NCBI GenBank assembly: GCA_963815115.1
Contig: CAWFFN010000009.1
Coordinates: 640,001-704,000 of the forward strand
DNA: 64,000 bases
Direction: 5' to 3'
DNA from: an uncultured delta proteobacterium
GTDB lineage: Bacteria; Desulfobacterota; Binatia; DP-6
Position numbers and translations under genes: made by a program. Below the pieces are notes generated by a model that saw only the letters and a program-made list of their open reading frames with translations, was not told the origin of the DNA and ran no database searches. This document shows positions 55,783 to 64,000 of this stretch, in pieces (position 1 is the first letter of the stretch; the number at the start of each line of letters is the position of its first letter).

Positions 55783-56986
55783 GGTCGTGGCGTCCTTCGA
55801 CTTCGATCCCTTCGACGAAGCCGTGCGCCGGGACCCGTACGCGGTGTACGCGCGCGGGCGGCGCGAGCATCCGGTCTTCGCGCATCCGACCTTCCCCGTG
55901 GTGTCGCTCTTCCGCTACCAGGAAACGCAGGCGCTGCTGCGCGACCCGTCGCAGTGGTCGAGCTTCTTCCCGCTGCCGCCCGGCATGGAGCGCCCCGAGG
56001 ACATGCCGCCCAGCATGCTCGGGGTCGATCCGCCCGAGCACACGCGGCTCCGCGGTCTGGTGAGCCAGGCGTTCACCCCGCGCATGATCCGCCGCCTCGA
56101 GCCGCGGCTTCATGCCATCGCCCACGAGCTGCTCGACACGGCGCTCGCCGAGCGCACCGTCGATCTCGTCGCCGCGCTCACCCACCCGCTGCCGGTGATC
56201 GTCATCGCCGAGATGCTCGGCATTCCCGCCCGGGAGCGCGCGCAGTTCAAGGTCTGGTCCGACGCGCTGGTGAAGAACCTCGGGGTAGGCCTCCTCACGG
56301 CGCCGACGATCGAGCGCCTGGACGAGCAGCGCACGGTCATCCGGGAGATGCGTGCCTACTTCCTGACGCTCGTGGAGGAGCGCCGGCGGGAGCCCCGCGA
56401 AGATCTGCTGAGTGGCCTCGTCGCGGCCGAGTCGGAGGGCTCGAGGTTGTCGTTCGACGAGATGATCCAGACGCTCATCCTGCTGCTCGTGGCGGGGAAC
56501 GAGACCACGACCAACCTGATCGGCAACGCCGTGCTCGAGCTGCTGGCGCATCCGGCGGCCCTGGACGACCTGCGCGCCGATCCGTCGTTGCTTCCCGACG
56601 CCATCGAGGAGGTGCTGCGGTTCTCGTCGCCGGTCCAGATGGATCCCCGCCGAGCGGTGCGCGCGACGGAGATCCAGGGCGTGCCGGTGGCCGAGGATCA
56701 GTTCGTCATCTCCTGGATCGGCTCCGCGAACCGTGACGAGGAGGTGTTCGAGCGCCCGGACGTCTTCGACATCCGCCGCAAGAACAACCGCCATCTCGCC
56801 TTCGGCTTCGGGCCGCACTACTGTCTGGGGGCGAGCCTGGCGAGCCTCGAGGCCCAGGTCGCCGTCGGCGCGCTGCTGGAGCGCACCCGGAGCTTCCGGC
56901 GTGCGGACGACGCGCCGCTGCCGCTGCACCCGAGCTTCGTCTTCCGGGGCGTCCGCGCGCTGCCTCTGGTGGTGCAGCCGGGGTGA
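55772..56986 (+). CDS. Cytochrome P450
   Basis: DPPEHTRLR, AGNETT, EEVLR, FGFGPHYCLG. Confidence 0.95.
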   Translation: MGGEVVASFDFDPFDEAVRRDPYAVYARGRREHPVFAHPTFPVVSLFRYQETQALLRDPSQWSSFFPLPPGMERPEDMPPSMLGVDPPEHTRLRGLVSQAFTPRMIRRLEPRLHAIAHELLDTALAERTVDLVAALTHPLPVIVIAEMLGIPARERAQFKVWSDALVKNLGVGLLTAPTIERLDEQRTVIREMRAYFLTLVEERRREPREDLLSGLVAAESEGSRLSFDEMIQTLILLLVAGNETTTNLIGNAVLELLAHPAALDDLRADPSLLPDAIEEVLRFSSPVQMDPRRAVRATEIQGVPVAEDQFVISWIGSANRDEEVFERPDVFDIRRKNNRHLAFGFGPHYCLGASLASLEAQVAVGALLERTRSFRRADDAPLPLHPSFVFRGVRALPLVVQPG

Positions 56987-57557
56987 AGCTCGAGTCCGAA
57001 GCGAGCTCCGGCGCGCCCGCCATCACAGCCGCTTCGCGGCCGGTCGAGACGCACGCCCGGCCGCGCCTGGCAGCGCTGGTGCTGGGAGCGCTCGGGGTCG
57101 TCCTACGGCGACATCGGGACGTCGCCCTTGTATGCGGTGAAGGAGTGCTTCAGGAGCGGCTACGGCCTGGTGCCCACGCAACAGAACGTCCTCGGTATCC
57201 TCTCGCTCGTCTTCTGGGCGCTGCTGCTCGTCATCGTGGTCAAGTACCTCACGTTCATCATGCGGGCCGACAACCGGGGCGAGGGCGGCATCCTCGCGCT
57301 TCTCGCCTTGCTGCGTCCGACCGGCCGCGCTTCGGTGCTGGTCACCCTCGGCGTCTTCGGCGCCGCTCTCCTCTACGGCGACGGCGTGATCACGCCGGCG
57401 ATCTCCGTGCTCAGCGCGGTGGAGGGCCTGGAGTTCGGTGCGCCGTCGCTCGGTCCGTGGGTGGTGCCGCTGACCGTCGTCATTCTCTCCGGCCTGTTTC
57501 TCGTCCAGCGGCGCGGGACCGCCCGCGTGGGCGCCGTGTTCGGGCCGATCACGCTGG
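56983..57557 (+). pseudogene. kup: Truncated Kup potassium transporter (N-terminal part only; frameshift near 57105)
   Basis: [68 protein letters not shown], then abrupt loss of similarity. Confidence 0.85.
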
Positions 57558-58481
57558 GTCGAGAGCGTCGAGGGCGAGGGGTCGACATTCCACTTCACGA
57601 TCGTGGCGCGAGCCGCGCCCGCCCCGGTGTCGGTGCAGGTCCTCCGCAGCGGCGCGGTGTTGAGCGGAAAGCGCCTGCTCGGGGTGGACGACCACGCGGT
57701 GAATCGGCAGATACTGGAACGCATGACGACCATGTGGGGCATGGTCGCGACGACTTCGGCCTCGCCCCTTCAGGCGCTCGCCTGGCTCCGCGACGGTCGA
57801 GTCTTCGACGTCGCCGTCCTCGATCATCAGATGCCGGAGATGGACGGCGTCGCGCTGGCGCGCGAGATCCGCACGATGGCTGGAGCCCCCCGGCTTCCGC
57901 TCATCCTCCTCACGTCCGTGGCGCTCATCGGGAGCGAGGACATCGCGAAGGCCGACCTGTCCTGCGTCCTCTTGAAACCGGTGAAGCAGTCGAGCCTCTT
58001 CGACCGGCTTCACGCGCTCTTCGCCCCGCATGTTCGCACCGCGGGTGTGCCCGGCCCCGTTCCGGCAGATGCAGATCCGGTGCTCGCCGCCGGACTGCCC
58101 TTGAGGATCCTCATCGCCGAGGACAACGCCGTGAACCAGAAGGTCGCGCAGGCCATGCTCCGCAGGCTCGGCTACGCCGCGGATCTGGCCGCCGATGGAC
58201 TCGAGGTGCTCGCCGCCCTCGCGGTCCGGAGCTACGACGTGATCCTCATGGATGTGCAGATGCCTCAGCTCGACGGGCTCGAGGCGACGCGCGAGATCTG
58301 CCGGCGGTGGCCGGGCCGGCGTCCACGGATCATCGCCATGACGGCCAATGCGATGCAGGGCGACCGGGCGCTGTGCCTCGATGCGGGCATGGACGACTAC
58401 ATGGCCAAGCCGGTCCGGCGTGAGGATCTCGTGGCCGCACTGCAGCGTTGCCGCGCGCCGGTCCGCGACGACGTGCCGTAG
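57555..58481 (+). pseudogene. C-terminal remnant of a hybrid histidine kinase (end of HATPase_c + two REC domains)
   Basis: [16 protein letters not shown], then VDDHAVNR...[10 protein letters not shown]...KPVK and AEDNAVNQ...[10 protein letters not shown]...MTANAM...KPV. Confidence 0.8.
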
Positions 58482-58527
58482 GACGCGCCGGCGGCAGGCG
58501 ACCGGCACGAGAAGGGCCGTAGCCGGC

Positions 58528-61500
58528 TCACGGCAGGTCTGGGCAGGTGAGCGGTGCCGGTGTCTTCGCCTGCGCGATGAACCTGCCGGGGCGGTCGTTC
58601 CGGGTCGGATCGTCGCTGACCTTGGCCGGCGCGTCGGCGCAGTACCGCGTCCCCGTACCGAGATCCAGCCGGACGGCGACGCGACCCTGTGCCGGCTCGT
58701 CGAGCGTGTAGATCGCCGCTCCCCTGATCTTGACGGTGTCCGCCTTGATCGTGACGCTCTTGATCAGCTTGGTGAACGAATCGGAGTACTTGTAGCCCTT
58801 CGGGTTCGTCAGGGAGCCGAGGTACTTCCAGTTCTCCGGGAACAGCGAGAAGGTGAAGAGGTCGGTCGACAGCCCGGCCGAGTTGTAGACCCGCAGCACT
58901 GCACCGTTCAGGACGGGATCGCCCGCGCTCCCTCGACCCGGCGGGACGATGCGGTTGGTGGGCGGGTCGAGCTTGGTCGTCGACTTGAACGATATCTTCG
59001 GTTCGCCTTGCGGACTGCCGGACGGGCTCTTGAGCGAGAGCGTCCTGGTCTGGACCGTCACCGAGGCGGCGGGGAGCGTCGTCGTGGTGGTGGTGCCGCC
59101 CGGGGTCGTGGTGGTCGTGGTCGCGCCGCCCGGGATGCTCGCCGGATCTGCCGGATCGCTCCCGGCGTCGAGCTCGGTGCGGTCGAGGAAGCCGTCCTCG
59201 TCGCGATCGACGCCGATCCGTGTCCCGCTGCCTGGCGGTGCGCAGGTGTAGGTCAGCTCCTGGCCTGCGATGGCCGCGAACGCCCGCACCTGGGCATCCG
59301 TCAGCAGCGCCTCGCTGGCGCGGTCGCTGCGGAACTGGCCGGACGCGAGGCGGACGGCGCCGCGCTGCTCACCGGCGATCGTCCCCTTCACCACCACGTC
59401 GCACTCGCCGGCGGCGGCGCGCTGGATGAGGAGATCGATGCGAGGATCGACCGTGGCGGCGTTGGTGCTGGTGAGCGTCGTCTGCTGCCCCACGATCGGG
59501 GCCAGGTTGGTGTCGAACTGGAGCATGAACTGCTCGAGGTTCTGCGCGTCGGCGACCGTGGTGCTGAACACCTGGGCCTGGTGGAACCGGAAGGTCGTAT
59601 CGATGCTGCCGTCGTGCAGGAAGCCGAAGCCACGTACCTGGGGCCCCTTGTCGCCGTTGTCGCCGGCCCGCAGGAACTGGATCTGCGGCATGCCGAACAT
59701 GCCGACCTTCTGGTAGAGGTTGCGCAGGTGGGGGACCTTGAACATCTGCGTCTCCGCCTCGAAGGTGGTCTGGCCGTCGGACCCGAAGAAGCCGTTCGCC
59801 GGATCGAGCACGTGGCAGCCGTCACAGTCGGTGAATGCGTCGCTCGTCGGACCGAAGAAGAAGTTGCGCCCCGCGAGCGCCGCGCCCACGAGCTGGTTGT
59901 CGAGCGGGCGGTTCGGGTTGGGCGGGTAGGTCACCTGGAGGATGAAGTCGGTGAAGCGCTGCATGTCGGGGTCGCTGATCGGCCCGCTGCGGCCGAGCAG
60001 GCCCTCGAAGGCGACGATGAACTTCTTGAAGGCCTGGTCCTCCGCCAGCGGATCCCCGCCGGGATCGTTGCCGCCGGTGCGGTCGCCGCGCCAGTGCATC
60101 GGCCCGTGGTTCGCCATGCCGCGCAGGCTCTGCGTCGTCATCGGACCCTTCAGCGGATGGAAGTCCGGATTGGGGCCGAGGAGGCGGATGGGGTTCGGGT
60201 TGTTGAGGACGACCTCGTCGGGATTGCCGAGGTCCCAGGCGAGGCTGTCGAAGTCGCCGAAGATGTGGCACGACGCGCACGACGCCTCCCCGTTGCTCGA
60301 CGTCAGCACCGCGTCGTAGAGCACCGGCCGGCCGTTCTTCACGATCGCGGGCTCGGGGCTGTACACCGGCAGGTGCGCGATCTCGGCCGCCGTCGACGTG
60401 TTCACCACGCTGACGCCGTTGTCGAAGCGGGTGAAGGCGTAGAGCCGGCCGCGTGCCTCGTCGAGCACGAGCCCGCTCGGGCCGCCACCGCTCAGCGCGA
60501 TGTGGTTGGCCGCGGTCGGCGTGAAGGTGTCGGCCTCGAGCTGGGCGGTGTCGAACACGCCGAGCGCGCCCGAGCCGAAGGCGGCGACGTAGAGCGTCTG
60601 GCCGTTGCCCGTCACCACCATGCCGGTCGGGATCGCGAAGCTCTTCGCCTTCTCGCTCGCGGGGGTGGCGACGACGCCGTAGTCGAGGTGCTTGTTCAGG
60701 TGCCGGGGCAGCACGCTGCTGCCGTCGAGGACGGTGATGCGGGCCTCGTGCAGATGGCCGCGCACGGTGGTGCTGTCGAAGAAGGTGCCGGGGCCCTCGA
60801 AGCGGACCTCGTTGTGGGCGTCGGTGTTGGAGACGTACACCTTCCCGCTGAGGGGGTTGGTCACCATGTTGAACAGCACCGTGCCGACGTGCGCGAAGCT
60901 GGCGGTCTGGGCGGGCGTGCCGGCGTTGGCGTTGATGGCGAAGACGTCGAGGTCGGGCAGCGAGAAGCGGACGGCGTTGTTCCAGTTGCGGCCGAGCTCG
61001 TCCTGCCACTGCCCGGATGGAGGGGCCGCGGCGTTGAACTTGACGATCAGCCCGACCTCCGCCTGCGGGGTCCCCTGGAAGTTCGTGTTCGGCGCGGGCA
61101 GCCCTCCCGGCATGCTCGAGCCGCCGACCGTGCACGGCCCGGCGCCCGCACCGCCGTCGCACACCAGGCCTTCCGACAGCGCGGTGGTCTGGTTGCCGGA
61201 CTCGAACACGGCCGCGTAGACGGTGCCGCCACCCGGGGCGACGGCGAGGGCCCGCGGCGTGTCGCCGAACAGCTCGACCGTGGCGATGGGGGTGCCGGCG
61301 AGCGTGGCGCCGAGATTGGCGGCGTTGAACACCTGGACGAGCGCGCGCCCGATTCCCTCGCTGGTGGGGTTGGCGGGGACGGAGCAGTTCTGGCCGCGCC
61401 GGGCGGTGGTGATGAAGGCGCGGTTGCCGCCGGGCCCGGCGAAGACGATGTCGCGCGGCTCGTCGCAGACCAGCAGCGTGCGGGTGACGCGCGGGGGCGT

Positions 61501-61836
61501 CGCGCCGACGTCGACGATCGAGACGGAGTCCGAGAGATGGTTGACCACCCACACCTCGGAGTTGGAGCGGGCGGCGACGGCGACCGGCTCGAGGCCGACC
61601 GGGACCGAGCCGGTGTGGGTGAGGCCGGCGCCGGACACGGCGAATATCTCCAGGCGGTCGTCGGGCGTGTTGACGGCGAACAGCCGCGTGCCGTCGGGCG
61701 ACAGCGCGAGCGGCCGCACCTGGCCCGTCTCGAAGGTGGTGAATGCGCGGGCGGTGCCCGGCAGGCAGATCAGGATCGCGCAGGCTATGACACACGCGCC
61801 GGTGGCACCGGCAACGCGCAACGACCGTCGAACCAT
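58528..61836 (-). CDS. Secreted YVTN/YncE beta-propeller + di-heme cytochrome c (CcP/MauG-superfamily-like) protein, 1102 aa
   Basis: Signal peptide; propeller repeats (VWVVNHLSDSVSIVD); CASCH and CDGCH; KVPHLRN, FLHDGS; DRDEDGFLD repeat; poly-Thr linker; C-terminal domain. Confidence 0.85.
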   Translation of the reverse strand: MVRRSLRVAGATGACVIACAILICLPGTARAFTTFETGQVRPLALSPDGTRLFAVNTPDDRLEIFAVSGAGLTHTGSVPVGLEPVAVAARSNSEVWVVNHLSDSVSIVDVGATPPRVTRTLLVCDEPRDIVFAGPGGNRAFITTARRGQNCSVPANPTSEGIGRALVQVFNAANLGATLAGTPIATVELFGDTPRALAVAPGGGTVYAAVFESGNQTTALSEGLVCDGGAGAGPCTVGGSSMPGGLPAPNTNFQGTPQAEVGLIVKFNAAAPPSGQWQDELGRNWNNAVRFSLPDLDVFAINANAGTPAQTASFAHVGTVLFNMVTNPLSGKVYVSNTDAHNEVRFEGPGTFFDSTTVRGHLHEARITVLDGSSVLPRHLNKHLDYGVVATPASEKAKSFAIPTGMVVTGNGQTLYVAAFGSGALGVFDTAQLEADTFTPTAANHIALSGGGPSGLVLDEARGRLYAFTRFDNGVSVVNTSTAAEIAHLPVYSPEPAIVKNGRPVLYDAVLTSSNGEASCASCHIFGDFDSLAWDLGNPDEVVLNNPNPIRLLGPNPDFHPLKGPMTTQSLRGMANHGPMHWRGDRTGGNDPGGDPLAEDQAFKKFIVAFEGLLGRSGPISDPDMQRFTDFILQVTYPPNPNRPLDNQLVGAALAGRNFFFGPTSDAFTDCDGCHVLDPANGFFGSDGQTTFEAETQMFKVPHLRNLYQKVGMFGMPQIQFLRAGDNGDKGPQVRGFGFLHDGSIDTTFRFHQAQVFSTTVADAQNLEQFMLQFDTNLAPIVGQQTTLTSTNAATVDPRIDLLIQRAAAGECDVVVKGTIAGEQRGAVRLASGQFRSDRASEALLTDAQVRAFAAIAGQELTYTCAPPGSGTRIGVDRDEDGFLDRTELDAGSDPADPASIPGGATTTTTTPGGTTTTTTLPAASVTVQTRTLSLKSPSGSPQGEPKISFKSTTKLDPPTNRIVPPGRGSAGDPVLNGAVLRVYNSAGLSTDLFTFSLFPENWKYLGSLTNPKGYKYSDSFTKLIKSVTIKADTVKIRGAAIYTLDEPAQGRVAVRLDLGTGTRYCADAPAKVSDDPTRNDRPGRFIAQAKTPAPLTCPDLP

Positions 61837-62148
61837 GTGGTTCCCCCCTCGGTGGTTGTGGCTGGGGTGGGGCTACCACAGGATCGGGCAGGTCTGAAAA
61901 CCCTTTCCGCCGTCCCCGACGCGGCCGGCCGGCGCAGCCTGTCGCCCGCTCGTCGTCCGGCGTCTCCGGAATCAGGTCCACACCCTCGGTTCTGGCTTCG
62001 ACGGGGGCCTGGCCCATGGTCGGCCGGCGCTTGCGGTTCCGTTCCATGCACGCGAAGGTAGAGCGGGCGGCAGGCAGTGACGATGGAACGGACGTGAGGC
62101 TGCTGCAGCTGGGAGGTGGTCGCAAAGTGGGTCTCACGGGGTGCGACG

Positions 62149-64000
62149 ATGGAAGCGGGTCGGCGCCTCAGTTTCGGTGAGTTTTGCCTCGATCTCGCCA
62201 GCGGGCGGCTCCGGTACCGGGACGAGGTCGCCGCGCTCACGCCGAAGGCTTTTGCGGTCCTGCGCCGGCTGGTCGAAGACCGCGGACAGCTGGTCTCCAA
62301 GGAGGAGCTGCTGCGAGCCGGGTGGGCAAAGACCCACGTCAGCGACGGTGTTCTCAAGGTCATCATCCTCGAGATTCGCCGCGCGCTCGGCGACGATCCG
62401 GCGGCGCCGTCCTTCATCGAGACCGTGCCGCGCCGGGGCTACCGGTTCATCGGCCCGCGTCCGAGTCAGGAAAGGGTCGGGGCGGCGGTTGATCCGCGCG
62501 GCGCGCTGGTCGGCCGCGACAGAGTGCTCGCGCAGCTCGCGGACCGGCTCGCGAGCGCCGCGGCCGGCCATCGCCAGCTCGTGTTCCTCTCCGGCGAGGC
62601 CGGCATCGGCAAGACCACGGTGCTCGACGCGTTTCTGGCCAGAGGCGCGTTCGAGCCGGAGTCGTTGATCGCGCGCGGCGCATGTCTCGAGCACTACGGG
62701 GCCGCGGAGGCGTATCTGCCGGTCCTCGAGGCGTTCGGGAGACTGCTACGCGAGCCCGCGGCCGCACGGGTGATCCGTGTTCTACGGACTCACGCTCCCA
62801 CGTGGCTGGCGCAGCTGCCGTGGCTCGAGCACCCCGACGATGGCGAGTCGTTGCCTGGCCGCTCACCCGGGGTCTCCAACGAGCGGATGCTGCGCGAGAT
62901 GGCCGAAGCCCTGGAGGCGCTGTCCGCCGTGACTCCCGTTCTCCTGGTGCTCGAGGATATCCACTGGAGCGATCACTCGACGCTCGATCTCCTGGCGATG
63001 CTCGGCCGGCGGCAGGAGCCGGCGCGCCTTCTCGTGGTCGGCAGCTATCGCCCCGTGGACGCCATCGTGGCGGGACACCCGCTGCGGGCGCTCATCCAGG
63101 AGCTGCGAATGCGGCGCCAGTGCGAGGAGGTCGCCCTCGCGTTCCTACGCGAGCCGCACGTCGCCGAGTATCTTGCGCGACGTTTCGGCGGGCACGCGTT
63201 TCCCTCCGATCTGGCGCGCGCCGTGCACCAGCGGACGGACGGCAACCCGCTCTTCATGGTCCGGGTGATCGACGAGCTCGTCGCCCTTCGTGTGCTCGAG
63301 CCGGAGGACGACCGCTGGCGGCTGCGAAGACCCGTCGGAGAGATCGCCCGCGCCGTCCCGGACAGCCTGCGCGCGCTGGTCGAGAAGCAGATCGACCGCC
63401 TGCAGCCCGAGGCGCAGCGCTTGCTCGAAGCGGCCAGCGTGCTCGGGACCGAATTCACCATCGGATCGCTTGCGGCGGGCCTCGACCTGGATCCGCTGGC
63501 AATCGAGGACCGCTGCGATGAGCTCGCACGACAGGGGCAGCTCCTGTCGGCAGCGGCGCTGTTCGAGCGACCCGACGGAACGCAGGTCGCGCGCTACCGC
63601 TTCACCCACAGCCTCTATCCCCACGCCATCGCCGAGCGGGTGCCGGCCGGCCGCCGCCTGCGATTGCATCTGCGGGTCGGCGAGTGGCTAGAGCGCACCT
63701 ATGGCGCGAAGGCCACGGCGATTGCGGGCCAGCTGGCCTGGCACTTCGAAGAGGCGCGCGACTACCGCCGGGCCATCCGCTACCTCATCCTGGCGGCGGA
63801 GAACGCCGCCGGGCGCTTCGCCTACGGTGACGCGATCCGGGTGCTCGAGCAGGCGCGATCGCTGATTGACCACCTGGCTGTGGACGTCCGTAGCGCGCTG
63901 GAGGTCGAGCTGCTGCAACGTATCGGCGATGCGCACTACGGACGCGGCGCGTGGATCGAGTGCGCCGAAGCCTACGAAACCGCGGCGGCGCGGGCGGCCG
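62149..64000 (+). CDS. Winged-helix (Trans_reg_C/CadC-like) + AAA_16 ATPase regulator; runs off the window end
   Basis: Translated from ATG 62149: FGEFCLD...LTPKAFAVL...VSKEELL...IETVPRRGYRF, then LVGRD, GEAGIGKTT, LEDIHWSD, TDGNPLF; absent from the ORF track because it has no stop in the window. Confidence 0.88.
   Translation, partial: MEAGRRLSFGEFCLDLASGRLRYRDEVAALTPKAFAVLRRLVEDRGQLVSKEELLRAGWAKTHVSDGVLKVIILEIRRALGDDPAAPSFIETVPRRGYRFIGPRPSQERVGAAVDPRGALVGRDRVLAQLADRLASAAAGHRQLVFLSGEAGIGKTTVLDAFLARGAFEPESLIARGACLEHYGAAEAYLPVLEAFGRLLREPAAARVIRVLRTHAPTWLAQLPWLEHPDDGESLPGRSPGVSNERMLREMAEALEALSAVTPVLLVLEDIHWSDHSTLDLLAMLGRRQEPARLLVVGSYRPVDAIVAGHPLRALIQELRMRRQCEEVALAFLREPHVAEYLARRFGGHAFPSDLARAVHQRTDGNPLFMVRVIDELVALRVLEPEDDRWRLRRPVGEIARAVPDSLRALVEKQIDRLQPEAQRLLEAASVLGTEFTIGSLAAGLDLDPLAIEDRCDELARQGQLLSAAALFERPDGTQVARYRFTHSLYPHAIAERVPAGRRLRLHLRVGEWLERTYGAKATAIAGQLAWHFEEARDYRRAIRYLILAAENAAGRFAYGDAIRVLEQARSLIDHLAVDVRSALEVELLQRIGDAHYGRGAWIECAEAYETAAARAA

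Overview
High-GC bacterial chromosome segment. The gene order resembles Deltaproteobacteria-like genomes; Candidatus Binatia/Binatota is a guess from gene content, not a proven assignment. The backbone is housekeeping: an mdtABC-type RND pump with a TetR regulator, vapBC, kdsB, pyrG-kdsA-kdsD-lpxL-like-lptCAB-rpoN-hpf-ptsN-hprK-rapZ-PTS IIA-HPr-metK, ahcY, hemW, lexA, mltG-ruvX, an M23 peptidase, and pgpA-cinA-thpR-recA-recX. Positions 1-6.9 kb and 16.2-19.5 kb carry many single-base frameshifts that look like long-read errors. Several accessory inserts interrupt conserved operons. (1) Between cinA and thpR lies a tandemly duplicated cassette encoding two tiny secreted His/Lys-rich peptides, each behind its own ECF-type promoter, followed by an ECF sigma factor, a zinc anti-sigma and a Spy/CpxP/CnrX-like periplasmic protein; this is the best candidate for an undescribed system. 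(2) Between kdsB and pyrG lie three paralogous Cys-rich secreted proteins sharing a ~320-aa C-terminal domain, next to a GT-C-like membrane protein. (3) The pyrG leader forms a three-way junction plus U-tract and may act as a CTP-sensing attenuator. Other features: an H-NOX gene beside a STAND-type ATPase regulator, a beta-propeller/di-heme protein, a kup/hybrid-kinase chimeric junction and a pair of REP-like hairpins. No rRNA, tRNA, CRISPR array, integrase or transposase was recognised.
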